Positions 1-13,628 of a DNA stretch of 64,000 nucleotides are shown here, one piece after another. Each line of letters opens with the position of its first letter. The stretch's first letter is position 1. The notes under the pieces were generated by a model that did not search any database, was not told the origin of the DNA, and saw nothing but the letters and a program-made list of their open reading frames with translations. Position numbers and translations under genes: made by a program. The DNA comes from Saccostrea cucullata (Eukaryota), in NCBI RefSeq assembly GCF_032062105.1, contig NW_026928487.1:62001-126000 (forward strand). The letters are read 5' to 3'.

Positions 1-567
1 ATGATTATAGTGATATTGATATCTATATCTAATATGTTGATAGTTATTATATCATTCTTAAATTACTTTTAGATCAAGGGGCATCGATTCACCTTTGGAA
101 CAGTACCAACATATGAGAGAGGACCCAATCTTGAGAAACAGTTTCCCAAATATGATGCATCTTCTTGGACTGGCCCTTACAGTTCCATCAATGACAGCAG
201 CTGTTGAAAGATCTTTCAGTTTAATGAACTTGCTGTGCACAACCTTGAGAAATAGACTGACTAATTCTTCATTGGATCATTTAATGAGACTTTGCAGTTC
301 TTCCTTAAATGATGATGAATTAAATCAGGAAATCTTGAACCGAGCAATCACACTTTTTATAACACAAAAGAATAGAATGGTTAAATTTTAATATATTGTT
401 TTGACAATAAACTTTATTCTGACTCACTAACAGTGTTTAATTTTAATTTTCTTGAAATGTAGTCTTACATTAGCATATCAGAATTTCCCAATTTTTGATA
501 AAACGTCGTAAAATTCCCAATTGCAAGGGCCCGGGCCCCATTCCCAAATTGGTGTGGAAAATCCCTG
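1..567 (+). mobile_element. 3' end of a hAT DNA transposon (C-terminal dimerisation domain exon ~72-391 plus right TIR)
   Basis: ORF 95-391 FPNMMHLLGLALTVPSMTAAVERSFSLMNLLCTTLRNRL..LDHLMRL matches the hATC signature (ERSFS..LRNRL); AATAAA at ~407; terminus ...GGAAAATCCCTG (CAGGG-type end) at 567. Confidence 0.85.
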
Positions 568-935
568 GTTTTTGATTTCAATGAACGGTGTTGCCATGGT
601 TACTAAAAATAGAATTTTCTGTGAAATTCCTTTAAAACGCTACTCCTTCTACAGTTTTGGTCCGATTTCAATATAACTTTGCACACAAGTAGAAAACACT
701 AAGATACATAGAATAGTGCATGGGTTTTTGATTTCGATGAACGGTGTTGCCATGGTTATTAAAAATAGAATTTTCTGTGAAATTCCTTTAAAACGCTACT
801 CCTTCTACAGTTTTAGTTTGATTTCAAAATAAGTTGGCACACAAGTAGACTACACAATGATACATAAAATAGTGCAATGGTTTTTGATAAGTACAAACCA
901 GTAGAGCTACAGTCTCGACAGAGACTTCTGGTTCA
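568..935 (+). repeat. ~156-bp tandem repeat (2+ units) ending in a short hairpin; probable 3' part of a Helentron-type element interrupted by the hAT
   Basis: gtttttgatttc(a/g)atgaacggtgttgccatgg recurs at 568 and 724; hairpin agtctc-gaca-gagact at ~911-926. Confidence 0.6.
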
Positions 936-1118
936 TAATACTGTTCACGAAAAGTGTGAGATTTTTTTGATGTTGTCTTGCACTTCAGTTTATTTATGTT
1001 TCGCATCTAAAATTGTATGGTGACCTATACATTTTTTGCAATAATTTGAAAATTAAAATTATGTTAATTGAAAATAAATGCAGTTTTTATACTTTGAACC
1101 ATTAAAATTGTGAGGGTG

Positions 1119-1254
1119 GAAACACCTTTATTTGGTTAATCCATAGATATATCGACTTCAGAGAAAAGTAATCGACCTCGAACTTCGTGCTCGGTAGATA
1201 TGCTTTTCTGTAAGGTCGATATATCTATGGATCGACCTCATGAAAGGACTGTTT
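1119..1254. mobile_element. Palindromic MITE-like hairpin
   Basis: atccatagatatatcgac (1139-1156) is the exact reverse complement of gtcgatatatctatggat (1215-1232), with imperfect extension inward and outward. Confidence 0.7.
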
Positions 1255-1450
1255 TTACATATTATAAAATAATCGCCAATGATTTGTTCTTGGATATGAT
1301 GTTATCAAACTCGTTGTGCATCTAAAAAAATAATAACCACCTTTATCGTTAAATACACACAACTCGTTGGATAAAAATCCTACCCAGCAACAAATTATGG
1401 TTTTAATTATGTTCATAAATATATATAAAATTTTATTAATACGTTTATAG

Positions 1451-1591
1451 GGCAGTGTGATCCTTGTTGATACACCAGGAATCGGAGAAAGTAAAGAACT
1501 TGACCAGATTCTGCTGGATTTTTTACCTGATGCAGTGTCATTTATATTTGTTGTTAATGCCAGGAATGCCGGTGGGGTTCAACAGGGGAGG
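1451..1591 (+). CDS. Internal exon A of dynamin-superfamily (bacterial dynamin-like/Fzo-like) GTPase; contains G3 motif
   Basis: tttatag|GGC...AGG|gtaatt; 141 bp, phase 0/0; translates GSVILVDTPGIGESKELDQILLDFLPDAVSFIFVVNARNAGGVQQGR with the DTPG (G3) motif followed by a hydrophobic strand. Not in the ORF track. Confidence 0.9.
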
Positions 1592-1782
1592 GTAATTATT
1601 TTAAAATTAGACGCTACTAACATGAGATAAAGTTTGTGTATGTTTAAATATTAATTTTAGATATCACTAAAGAGTAACGAAAAATGTACCTAATGATAAG
1701 AAAAATTGGATATCTTTTTCAGGCCTTAAATGAAATATATGGAGATAACGAACAATATTCAAGCTCAAAAGTCTATTTAACA

Positions 1783-2215
1783 ATACAAAATAGGAGCAGA
1801 GCAAACACGGTCCTTTAAAAATCAGAGGTGGGATCGGGTGCCATGAAGAAGTGAGTATCTCCTGCCGACTGGTCACATCCGCCGTGTGCTCCTTATCCTT
1901 GATTGGGAAATAAGAAAATCCTCGACATTATACTGTGTAAGTAATGGCTTAACAATTAGTATGAAAAATGTCTGTCAGTATTTTTCTTAATGATAAATTG
2001 TACTTGCTGACAAGGTCATTGTGTCGACCACAGAATTTACGAAATGCTGATATTCTTGTTTCGTCAACTTGTTTGTGAATAATTTACCTCGTTCTAGAAA
2101 TTGTTCATACGTAGAACGTGTTCTTGCATTTTGAATCAACTGAGAGAAATAAATATCCCGTATGCAGATGATGAAGGCATATTGTTGGATAAGTAAGGGA
2201 AGTTTAAAATTAAAA
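1783..2215 (-). mobile_element. Decayed 3' fragment of a Penelope-like retroelement (RT C-terminal region plus 3' tail)
   Basis: Minus strand reads roughly NFPYLSNNMPSSSAY..ISQLIQNARTRSTYEQFLERGKLFTNKL..FRKFCGRHNDLVSKY, resembling the FPFLxSNIPxxPAYGVYISQLIRYAR region of PLE RTs; frameshifted. Confidence 0.65.
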
Positions 2216-5200
2216 AGTTAAAATCATCAAATTATTTAATCATTACTGTTAAATAAATATCATCACAACATTTTCAAATTTCAAAAGTTAAATCCAATAA
2301 AATGTTTTTGAATGCCCATTGATGATATCGCAATGTGCCGAATCCCTTTGATTTTATTTTAATTAGACTCTTCTTATATGAAATTTATATAAAAAAAGAG
2401 AATTTTTTTTAATAAAAGTGGGTCAAATTGCAAGATTAAAGTATACCATTCGAAAGATATAGTTACAAGGAATAAACAGCTGTGATATGAAAGACGTAGC
2501 ATCAACAATTCAAAACATTTGGTCAACATTAATCTTATTTAAAATTGAGCCAAAGGTCATACTTGTTGGTGCCAAAGAAAATTTTTATTATACGATATAA
2601 ACATGTGAATTTTGAGAACCGTTGCTCCAACTATAAATTCAGTATTTATAAACAAGTTTTTGGTGACTAACAGACAGACAGGTTGACAGATGCCAATTTC
2701 TGTGATTCCTGTTGTCTTTTTGGCAGTGGACTTAAAAATATTGAGATTTTTAATTGCGGCAATGTAAATAAGAATTTTAAGTTATTTTAATGACAATAAC
2801 AACACGATCTTTTATACGAGGGTTGTCAAAAAGTTCGTGGACAAATGCTTAATTCTTTTAATTAAGTCTGCAATGACAAACATGAATGATAATATCTTAA
2901 TATAGACCATGATTGTTTGGATGACTTGGTTCATTGAATGTAACTCCGAGCTCAAACTCAAGACATATGTTTATTCAATATGGCGCTAAAACTACAGATC
3001 CAACGTTCCAACTCGTATATAAAAATGTTATACATGACTAGATAGATCGTACGATAAGACATTTATCTAATAATGATTTAGTAAAAATTTTAGAAAAACA
3101 AAACAATGCACACTATTTTTTGAACGTTATAGGTGTAAATAATTTGTATATGCAAATGCACGGCCAAATCTGACGTAACGCTAAGAACAAAGGGCGGTAT
3201 TAGTGGTAATCTGCCGCAAAATTTCCAATGTTTTAAACTTTTCTTTTTCATCTTTTGATGTTCAGCATTGGAGTAAGTAAGATGCGAACTAAATTCAACA
3301 GGTACAATGATGACGTAATTTTTCATTATGAAGTCACAAATACGCTCTAAACACGGAATGTTAGCTAAAATTCGTTGAAAAATGGTTTGAAATAAACGAT
3401 CTTTCAAAAAATTAGACCCCTGCGCATGCAACAACCAATTTTATATTTTGCATGTAAGTTCTTTGGTACTTGTATTACTCATACAATTAAAATGGTGTTG
3501 GTTGTCACTTGCGCTCAATATGAATTTTGAAAAATTCAATACGAAAAAACGACATTTTACCAAACTGATTTTACTTGATATCGATGTTCGTGACACACAT
3601 CTGACGCAAAATAGGATTAATTTTACAATTTAAATTATAACAATAGTCATTGGTAATCTTATATACATATAAGGTTAACGGTGATAAATAATAAACATTT
3701 CATGAATGGAAAATCTTTTGAAAACAAGGATTAAGTTGTATTGAAATACGCCACCTGCACTGATGCCATTTATTAAATGCACGTGCGTAGAACCCAATAA
3801 CAGTACTGAAAAACGATACCAAAATCTCTCAAGATTAAATTAATTCCATAAAAATAACACGAAGATATTTTTTATTTTCAGAAATATATTTTAAAAATTT
3901 TCCCTACGAGTAGTGAAACTGGATTCTCTTTAATTATTATTACACAATGTACATGTTATGTAGCCTATATGTAATATTGTATGCGTGTGTTTTAAATGTA
4001 TCTCTTTGAATAAATATAACAGCAACATTAAATAAAATATACAATAAAATAGTATTATAAAAAGTTTTACAATAAATATAAAATTTGAAATAATGCAGAC
4101 ATAGCCTTCAAAATATGGACATTTTACATGTAAAATCACTTTACTGTATCCAGCCGTTAGTTGTGAAAAATATTATGTAAAACTGTCATACTTATATTTG
4201 ATAGACGTTAAACATTAAAATCCTAATTAAAAAAAGAATCTCTTTTCAAGAAAAAAAAATCCCGATATCTATGTATAGTGTCCACACTAACAGCGTCGCC
4301 CTTGCCCATTGCACTGCACACAGGTACTTGTGAACAGGACCCCTCCTCACCCACCCACCCTACACACCATGAGCTCATTGGACTTTTCTTTAGCAAATTA
4401 TATTTATAACACTTATTCATCATGTGTACAATAAGTAAAAATCGTAACCCTCCCCCAAATAATCGATCCACAGTCTCTCTTATACTGTAAAGTGATGTAT
4501 GTTTTGTGGAGCTGGTGGGGGCTTCTCTCAAAAAGTATCTGTGGGATTTTTACCTGTTTCATTAGTATATATGCAGTTGGTTGATCGGCGGTGGGTGCAA
4601 CTCTTTTGAAGTATGTTTATAAAAATTAAAAGCATTTAAATAAATTCAATATTTATCCGATATTGCTCAGCGATATCCACCAGTTAACTGGGCTCCCCCA
4701 GGGCATGGTCTAAGCTCTTCAAGTCAGGGATCCCCCGTTTTCATCCTTGGGATTTTTAAGATTTAATTGTTAAAGATTTTCAGTAAAGTTTCTAAAAGAT
4801 GAAAAAATATGGACAAACCCCTCGGTGTTCGTTGTTACGAATGCAAACAGATTTTCTTTGAAAGAGATCTCCACGGAATGATTTAGGATATCTCTGTTGG
4901 CTTCTTAATATATTTGCTGTGTCTACCTTGTAAGGTAAAAACTGCGAGTGTGTTGTATAACTAATCATATCCACAAACAATACATCTTTTCAATTAAATT
5001 GATACGTATATGTATATGCAAAATTCGTCTCTTAAATAACGGTACGTATAGATCTGCGCTTTATATTGCTCCGAAACGTACTATGCAATATCGATTCATG
5101 CAGTCGAATACAATTGAAACACAATCACTTTTTAATCGAAGTGCATGCAGACAGATAGCCAACAACTATACTTTTTAAAATTTAGGTATCGGATCCAAAT

Positions 5201-6729
5201 ATTATTTTTTTTCAGTTGTAAAACAGATAAAAACCAAAACATGTATATCTTAATTTAACTTTATTTTTCTGTGGTATTTTCATCTATAACCTAGACAAAC
5301 AATTCCGATTTGATAGGGGAATACGCTGAATGTGCCCCCCCCCCCCATTATGTGTTCACAATTTATAACAATTCCATAAATTGTTCATGTAGTACATACC
5401 CAGTATAACAAATATGATAAAAAGAATTTGAACTTCATTTATTTTTTTTCGTATATGTTTATGACAAGGAGGGATCCAGGAATTTTGCCAATAGCGGGAG
5501 GGGAGCATATAAAGCAAAATGAAACATGTACATTAAGAAATTCCTTTTTACTGCGCTCTGCATTTTTTAAGAAACGGGTCAGAATTTTTCTAACCAAGAA
5601 AATTTTCCAACACTCTAAAACGTGGAAAACCCCGTTTGAAGGGTGCAGGCTTGTGACAAACAAACTGACATACATTTTTATATATAAATCTATAAATGTA
5701 TGCAAATGCTACTTATAAGCATTTACCTGGAACAAAAAAATAAACACAACTTAATAATGCACTTCGCTTAGCTTTAATATAGAAAAACATGTGCATTGAT
5801 ATATCCCTATAAATAAATAGGATGGGGGGGGGGGGGGGCTTTATATGTAAATTCGGTGTATTCCCATCTCACTACGCAGCTAGATAGAGATAATCACAAA
5901 TTATCATATGCTAAAATATTAAAAACAACAGAAACTTTAACATTGACCTTTATTAAGGAGTATGCGATTTCTGATGACGCCTAGCTAGCATATTAAAATA
6001 ATGACGTCGCGTCTTGATTTTTTCGTAAAATTTCGTCTTCTGCTATATATGAAAGGTGCAGTATTGAGTGTTATTTTTTCAAAACATACATTTGAGTCAT
6101 ATATATAAATTATATACCATTTAGTTTAAAAATCCTAGGCTTTTTAGAATGTTTTGAATGGAGCAGATATGAAACGCGGCATTTTTGGGGCAATACCGCA
6201 CTTTGTTCTTTTCATTATTATAACGTTATAATTAAGGATTTTGATTTTTTATCTCAAGTTCATGTACATACGGTTATTTTTTTATGCCACATTTCCAAGT
6301 GTATGCAATACCATATAGGGGACGACCATTTGATTCTGAAGGGGGGGACTGGCAGATTTTGGAAATAAATAATCAGTCCCTGAAAATGTAGAAAATAAAT
6401 AATCTGTCCTCCTCTTCAAAGAAAAAAAATAATCTTACCTTGACTTATGAGATTTAAATATTGTGAAATACATTTTTATTTCCGTGTAATTTAACCTCAG
6501 AATCTTCAATTCAGCATTTTTTTGTCTCGCTTCGCTCGCCATTTTAGAACCAAATAATATTTAAAATCAGATTATCAGACTGGATACATGTAGTCAGTTG
6601 ATCAACATTACAATGTGCATTCAGTAGATGTGATGGATCACTTTAAATACAAGCAAATTCTTAAACAACACAAAAGATAAATTTTCTTGTCAAAGAATTA
6701 TACTTTCCGATAAATTAATACAAAGTATA

Positions 6730-7240
6730 CAGTGGCGGATTTAAGAAAGGCATACATGTGTTTGACCCCTCTCCTAAAATTTCAAATAATGATATGAATT
6801 ATATTAATATTGCCATACTTTAGTACAATACCAATATTTTTGTGCATAGTTTAACTCTTAAAATCCACAAAAACCCAAGAGCTTCAGGGGGCTTCGCCCC
6901 CTGGGCCACCTTCATTTACAGTAAATTATAACTAGTATTTATTATGTCATACCTTTGGCTACATAATTGTGCCTGGTTTTACTCTTAAAATACACAAAAA
7001 CTCACCCGCTTAATCCAAATTATGATCTGACCAATATATTAATAATGTCATACTTTGCTACATAATAACCAATACCACGATAACTGTCCTGGTTTTACTC
7101 TTACAATACCCGAAAACCCAAGAGCTTCACGGAAATATCCCTCCCTTGGCTTCCACAAGTGCTTCGCCCAGGACCAACTGGGGCCCCAGACCTCTTGCCT
7201 GAACGACGTTATAAACGCCCCCATCCTGAATCCGCCTATG
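6730..7240. mobile_element. MITE with CAGTGGCGGATT/AATCCGCCTATG termini
   Basis: Imperfect terminal inverted repeats; flanks gtata / gtaaa (4/5 match, possible 5-bp TSD). Confidence 0.55.
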
Positions 7241-7288
7241 GTAAATAAACGATTAGTCGTTCAGAATCAATCGATCAATGTACCGTAA

Positions 7289-8032
7289 TGTAACGTGTCG
7301 AGCGGAATAATAAACAGCAATGGGGGACCGTACCTTGTCGATTCAAGGTTTTGGGGGATGATTTCCAATATAATATAATTTTTCTTAATAAATGATTGAC
7401 AAATGATTACAAAGGCCTGCAAAATATACAAATAAATGGCCAACCTTATCTATGTTAATAATCACGACGACAATATTCAAAGGTGAATCAAATAATTACA
7501 GATGATAAGGCAAATGGCAGTGGGTAGGCTATCCCTTACACTGGCCAACCTCGGACTGACACGTGTACTGCAGCCTTATTCAGGACACAGTCAGTACAAG
7601 TGACAGCCCTTCAACTGCCGTGCACACTGCTAGCCTTATTCAGGCAGACACACTGCACACAACAGCCTGGTTGCCATACGGTTCAACAATCTCAAGACGA
7701 ATTACAGTTGAGGTAGCTAACCGCCGTTGCTGGTTAACCTCTGAGTGGCTTGCCACTCCAAAACATAACAGCCTTTATAAATTCACAATTTGTGTAGACT
7801 ACACCTCATTAATTTTATAAGGTGGACTTCTTCTGTAAGCTAACTTTATTTTGTTAAGTCTCACTTACTGCTGTTATGGTTCGCACACGTCTTACTCTTA
7901 GCACAGCTTGCGCTGGATTGAACACTCTATAATGTGGATTCAGTCTTTATATACCTTTTAAAGAAGATGTTTACACCCGCAACCTAATGACTGAATCTAT
8001 ATGATAACAATATAAATTTCCGGAATATTACA
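7289..8032 (-). mobile_element. Solo LTR (744 bp) with 4-bp TSD
   Basis: TGTAA...TTACA termini flanked by GTAA on both sides (7285-7288, 8033-8036); TATA-like ggtatataaag and aataaa read on the minus strand. Confidence 0.75.
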
Positions 8033-8992
8033 GTAAGACAAAGAAGAAAATAAATAATCTGTCCTTGACAGGCACTTTCACACTTCTCTAACCGACGTTG
8101 CCGAACTATGTGGTCGAGTCGGAGATGACAGTTCGAACACTGCTTCCCTCGCCCACCATTATTAAAGCTATTTTGGTATTTGGCTTTCAGGGTCAGCAGA
8201 TAATCTTTGGCGCTCAGGATTTTTGTGTTGATCGAGTCTATGTCTTCTTTCTTGCTATCAAGAGAATTATCTTATGGGGAGTTATAAGTAAATGAATCGC
8301 CTACAAACTTTAGAAATTCAGCTGTATTTGAAGGCCCATCAACAATGCTGACATATTTAACGCCAGTTATACCTACTATGATACTGACAGTAAAGTTCGT
8401 GTGACGCTTGTACCGAGTGAACTCAACACAACGTGTGCCATTTACCGAGTGACCGTAGTTGGGATTGCCGCTTTAAAGACTAACTCCCATCTCATCCATA
8501 AATTAAAAATTTAAAAAGGGTCAACATCCCCCCCCCCGCCATCACTTGTCCAGGGTTCTTGATTAACTATAGGATTCTTAAAATGGTAGTTTTCATTAAC
8601 TACCCCCCCCCTATTTTTGAAAAACTTTTTTGTTATGTATTGAGATTTTTATTCAGAGGCCTGTTTTACCAACACCCTTCTGCAACTATTTTTCACAGTC
8701 CAATATAATCTCTTTCGCGTTATATTGCAAAAATATTGACGAATATGAGAGGAAAAACCTCTTCCCTGCCCAATTCTTAATTTTGAGTCCTTTGAAACTT
8801 CCTATTTATAATGATGATAACCATCATTCTACATTTTTGAGTTTTTTTTTCGGGTTTTCCTTTCCATCTATTCCTTCACCCCACTTTGAAATGATTAAGT
8901 TAAGTATCTGGAATAAATGGTGCTTTTAAAAAAGTCAATTATTACATGAGATTAGTTGGAAAAGTGAAAGAAAAAAAGGAGTTAGAGACGAT

Positions 8993-9093
8993 TGTTCCTT
9001 GTTTCACCAGCTGTCTATATAATATACCGGTATATACCAAATGTTCCTTGTTTCACCAGCTGTCTATATAATATACCGGTATATACCAAATGT
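8993..9093. repeat. Perfect 49-bp tandem duplication
   Basis: tgttccttgtttcaccagctgtctatataatataccggtatataccaaa occurs twice head-to-tail (8993, 9042). Confidence 0.9.
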
Positions 9094-9427
9094 ACATAAA
9101 CTGTGTGAGTAGTGGGGCGCCTAGGAGAGGGGCTGGTGAAATTCATTTAAGTTTTTTTCCTATCATCATGTAAGTCAGGGACGGATAATTTTTTTGCATC
9201 TGTTTGACAAGCCAAAGATAAAGGTAAACTCCGTTTCGGGTGGGGATTGGGGGTTGGAAGTACTATCCAAGGACAGCTTATTTATATTTTTTGCTAGTCG
9301 AGGATAGATTACTAGTATTTTATTTTATTTTTTTTTCGAGAACAGTCTATTTATTTTCAAAATCTGCCAGACCATCTCTAGGAATCAGAAAATGCATGTG
9401 TAATTAGATTTAGGCTTTATAGACATA

Positions 9428-9682
9428 ATAGGTGTCGAAACCGGGCGAGCAGAGACTGTGGGAGGAGGGGGGAGGTTCAAAGTTAGACTTAGTATAAACA
9501 TTGAACATTGCTGCGTAATACCTACTACCTACAAAATAGGATTTTTGTGTTTGGAAAATACACATCCCTTGTTTTTGTTTTGTGTGTGTGTGTGTGTGTT
9601 TTTTTTTTCTCAGTATTTTTTTGGAGGTCTAAAAATATTTCTTACCCTTAGACCCGACTTTAATTTGCTTCCGACGCCCATG
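9428..9682. mobile_element. MITE, same family as 48545-48917
   Basis: ataggtgtcgaaacc...tttaatttgcttccgacgcccatg termini; internal aaataggatttttgtgtttgg and ggaggt..aaaa..tttcttac shared with the 48.5-kb copy. Confidence 0.65.
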
Positions 9683-11004
9683 ATAATTAGATATTTTCCG
9701 TCGTTTGGTATTAATTACCTTGTACATACAACATTCGTTAAAACTTAAAAATAAATTGAACTTCAATCGATAAGATTTGAAGGTAAATGGACACGTCTCC
9801 CCCGGCCTTCCCTCTTTATCTTTTCTCTCGAATATACGCATAAAGAGGGTATCCATTTTTCACCAGTATATTTTGTACAAAATTGCAACAATCTCAGCAT
9901 GCATGACTTTGGTTGATACGCGTAACTAATAAGTCTAATGATCAATGAATCATGCACTACTCGACTTTTATACTTGTTCGCAAATATGAAAAAAGTAAAT
10001 TTTGCGATAATAGAATAAAATAATCGACCAATTAAAATATTCGTAATGGACTGAAAAAAATCTTTACATTTTTAAATTCAAGGTTTAAAATAACTTTTTG
10101 TTATTCAATGTTAAAAAAACTTTAAACTTTGCAGGTAACAATCAAGAAAACGACATCGGGACTTTCTACTCCATTTTTTAAACCCCGAAAACAAGCTGTA
10201 CGTTGCAGCTTACCTACTTTAGCGATCTCGGTTACGTCCTTTGATGTGGCGAGAATGTGACGTAGTATTTTAAGTTCCCGACAAGCAAAGCGTCAGCTCG
10301 TCACAGACAATGTAATCCTTTAGGTATTTTGCGATTTGCTCTATCTCATTTTCATCAAATTACAGTAGTTCTCCACTTGTTGAATTGTCTTCGAAATTGT
10401 ACACACCGTTGAAAAATTGTATGCACAAATTATAAATCAATGAACTAAATAAAGACATTTTATAGTCTGACGTCAAACTATATTAAACATAACTGTGTTA
10501 ATGGACGCTGTTACTTTTGTCTCTTTTTCTATTAAATTTTAGAAACACTTCTTTCGGGTTTCACTTAAAATTATTATCACAGTATATTTAGTAAACGATA
10601 CCAAAAATTGTAGAAGATGACGATTAATTTTACCGCTTTATTTGCGAAACATTTATTTTTATTAAGATTTGGCTTGTTTTATGAAGAAAATCATCATTTT
10701 ATTTAAACAATTTATTTAAAAGTGTATGGCATTTTGACCCTGTGTGCACCATCGGCGAATTTAAATGACCGCGATTAAAAAAATATCAAGTTCAACAATA
10801 AAAACCAAACTATTCACACAGTTTATATTTTGTTGAATAAATTGCAGTTGCATGTTTTGTTTGGCCGTTTTGTATAAATAAGGTTGTACATTTTAAGTAG
10901 AAAAGAACCACAAAAGGCAATAAGTATCAAGTCTAAAGAGCATGCAAAAACAATGAAGTTTTGTTCTCCCTCAAATAAATCAATTTTCCTTTTGTATTTA
11001 ACAG

Positions 11005-11238
11005 TTGTTAGAAATTCTTACATCCATCAAGAATAATATTGAGAAAATGCCTTGCTTCGACCCGAAAGAAGCCCTTTTTGTCACCAATCAGTGGGATATA
11101 GTGGAAGAAGATATTGAAGATGATGATGACGAAGAATCAGAGGGTGGCAAAGAGAAAACGTGGAGAATAATCAAGGAAAAACTGAATAGAGGATGGCCGA
11201 TTGATGAGGAAAACATTTTTAGGGTCTCCCTAAAGCAG
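11005..11238 (+). CDS. Internal exon B of dynamin-like GTPase; G4 (TNQWD) and G5-like region
   Basis: Polypyrimidine tract + taacag|TTG...CAG|gtaaat; 234 bp, phase 0/0; LLEILTSIKNNIEKMPCFDPKEALFVTNQWD...ENIFRVSLKQ; in frame with exon A. Confidence 0.9.
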
Positions 11239-11276
11239 GTAAATTCTAATTTTATGTACATATGCGTGTGTATTTT

Positions 11277-11700
11277 TGATTGATTGTATGCTGGTTGTCG
11301 TCTCTCCCGAGAAATTTTCACTCATATGGAAAATTCACCGTATACCGGTGAAGGGCTTCAAATTTAGACCTATACTTGGCACTCAGTCAAATTTTCACTC
11401 ATATGGAGATTTCACCGTAATATACCGTTGAAGGGCTTCAAATTTAGACCTATACTCCGCACTCAGGCAAATTTTCACTCATATGGAGAATTCACCGTAT
11501 ACCAGAGAAGGGCTTCAAATTTAGACCTATATTCGGCACTCAGGGCAATTGAGCAAAAAGGGTTCTTTATCGTGTCAACGACTACTGCGACACGGGAACT
11601 ATGTTTTTAAGGTCATATGCGAAAGACCCGTGATTTTCACTTCTAATGTTGAGCGTTTAGTGAAGGAACAGTCACTAACTATGTACGTCTTAGGTTTGCG
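11277..11700 (-). mobile_element. SINE (same 3' body as 19602 and 60570 copies) with an internal triplication of a ~76-bp segment
   Basis: aattttcactcatatgga...gaagggcttcaaatttagacctata..ggcactca repeated three times; reverse complement matches the 3' body of the + strand SINEs; (ttga)n tail at 11276-11288. Confidence 0.7.
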
Positions 11701-11985
11701 TAGACAATAAGTTTTATTATCAAATGTTATCTTCTTTGACTGATATTTCAAATTGATAAAAATTGAGGTGAAGTTGACTTCTGCTTCCAGCAATGCTTAA
11801 TATTATATCTTATAGCTCAGGTTTATGATAAAGGACGTGTATATTTTAATACATGTACATAATTATATTTGATATGCCTTGTTAAATATTACAGGTCTTT
11901 TTTGTTATCAATTATATGGTTGAGTTTAAATTATTGAATCTAATCATTCCATAACATTTTTGAAATATTTTCGGTTGATTTTAAG

Positions 11986-12095
11986 GTTTTAAACAAGACA
12001 GAGAATGAATATTCTTCTGAATATAAAAGATTTCTCGAGTTCCTCGACAGATGTGTTAAAGCAAATGTCCACAAACGCCTTATAAATCATTTCAG
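11986..12095 (+). CDS. Internal exon C of dynamin-like GTPase (end of G domain, start of helical neck)
   Basis: ttttaag|GTT...TTCAG|gtaact; 110 bp, phase 0/2; VLNKTENEYSSEYKRFLEFLDRCVKANVHKRLINHF(R), no stops. Confidence 0.8.
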
Positions 12096-13628
12096 GTAAC
12101 TTTGTTTTACTTGCACATTTCAATAAAGCATTAATGCACTTATCAAAGTATACCATACTGATAAAAACGCATACTGTATTAGGTTTTCGTCCATTTTAAG
12201 GAAAAAAAATTTCTATATTGACCTGCGTTGCCAGCAATTTCTGTAAAGGATGGGAAAACGATAAGTGGGCTTCAGCTTCGTATTTCAAAGAAAATAAAAT
12301 TATGAAAGTTTTACTTTCTAAATTCTTTGAAGTAGGGTTTCGTTCAATACATTAAACAATGTCGAGCGACATGGGTTTTTTTTTACAGGGATTAAAGATT
12401 TTATCACATTTTTGAAAATCATACGCTGACAAATTTTCAACGACATTGTTTACAACAGACCGCTATTTGTCAATCCTTGTCATTTGCATTGAATATGTAT
12501 TTAAATTTAAACTGATACATATGTAAGAGAAACGTATTTTCTAAATAAATCGTACTCTAGAATCGATTGTTTCATTACTATTAATGTTAATTTCCATTCG
12601 ATTCAAACTTCAAAATTGCAGGTACCTTAAAGTCAAAAGTGGTCTTGTTAAAATTTTCGTAAATTAAGGATTACAGCTGTAAACATTTTCTTTCCCAAAA
12701 AAATGTTTATCTATAGATTAATAAATTTTGCAAATAAACTCCGAAACGGCTGCATCCGAGTTCTTACTCCTCTAGGAATACATAAGTTGATGTCCGTAAA
12801 CTATATTCAGATTTCTCTCGCATAGTAATTTTCGTAAGTTTTATTAAAAGTCTATTTTCATTTTCGGTAAACAGCCTAGAAATAGCAAAAAAAAGTACGG
12901 TTAATGTTCCGGTTTTCGGATCAAAGGAACTAGTATTTTTTAACAAAATTGAGAACAAGAAAGCGTTTCATTATTTCATTTAACGATCTTCGATCCTCAG
13001 CAAGGCGAGATAACTCGCTCACATATTCGAAAATAGTTTGTACGTACCATAAAACTCGGTATTAATAATTTTCGGAAATCTTTTGTGGAAAAAAAAGAAA
13101 AGAAAATATATTAAAATAAAGTTACTATAGTAAACAATCAACAATATGGAGGGAAATCCTAGAGCAAGAAAGGTTGCTTCGAAAAAGAGACCAGCAGTTT
13201 TTCTAGCCTTGCGTAAATAACAGTACTGACGTTAACAACAATGAAACTCAGACCTACGAACATGATATAAGTTCCAATGATTTAGATCTGGATCTAGGTA
13301 AAACCAAAGAAAATGAATTTTCTAGATCTACATGCACCATATCTTTGATGGGCGAAGAATCGTGGAGTTTGCCGTTTTATTTGAACATCTAAAACGCAGG
13401 TGTTTTGTGTGTCATACACCACTAGATTTAGCAAAATGTGTAAAAGAGAGACAGTGTGGTCTTGCTAATCTTGCTAATCTGTTGTACAAAGTGCAAGAAG
13501 TTGACTATTGTACCAACGGGGAAGCGACACAACATTGATGCAAATGGCCAAGGTCCATTTGATGTTAATACGAAGCTTGGAATTGGTATGTATTTATCAT
13601 TATCATTTCAATTGTGGGACAGAGTTTT

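Larger units (their letters stand above)
6316..9395. mobile_element. Old non-autonomous TIR element with subterminal repeats, hosting nested insertions
   Basis: Left end aggggacgaccatttgattctgaagggggggactggcagattt; degenerate inverted counterpart aaatctgccagacc...ggaatca at ~9360-9390; repeated aaataaataatctgtcc motifs on the left with inverted versions on the right. Confidence 0.45.

Noticed and set aside
2815-2850. Mariner-like terminus tacgagggttgtcaaaaagttcgtggac
   Set aside because: No matching opposite TIR found in the window, so the element cannot be delimited.
3183-6210. Inverted similarity aagaacaaag.gcggtatt..tgccgc between ~3183 and ~6176-6210 as TIRs of one element
   Set aside because: Short and imperfect with no TSD; more simply two old copies of one repeat family in opposite orientation.
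11005-11283. Naming the host gene mitofusin/Marf or dynamin
   Set aside because: Motifs support the superfamily only; the sequence does not match the conserved residues I recall for those orthologues, and G1/G2 and the C-terminus are not visible.
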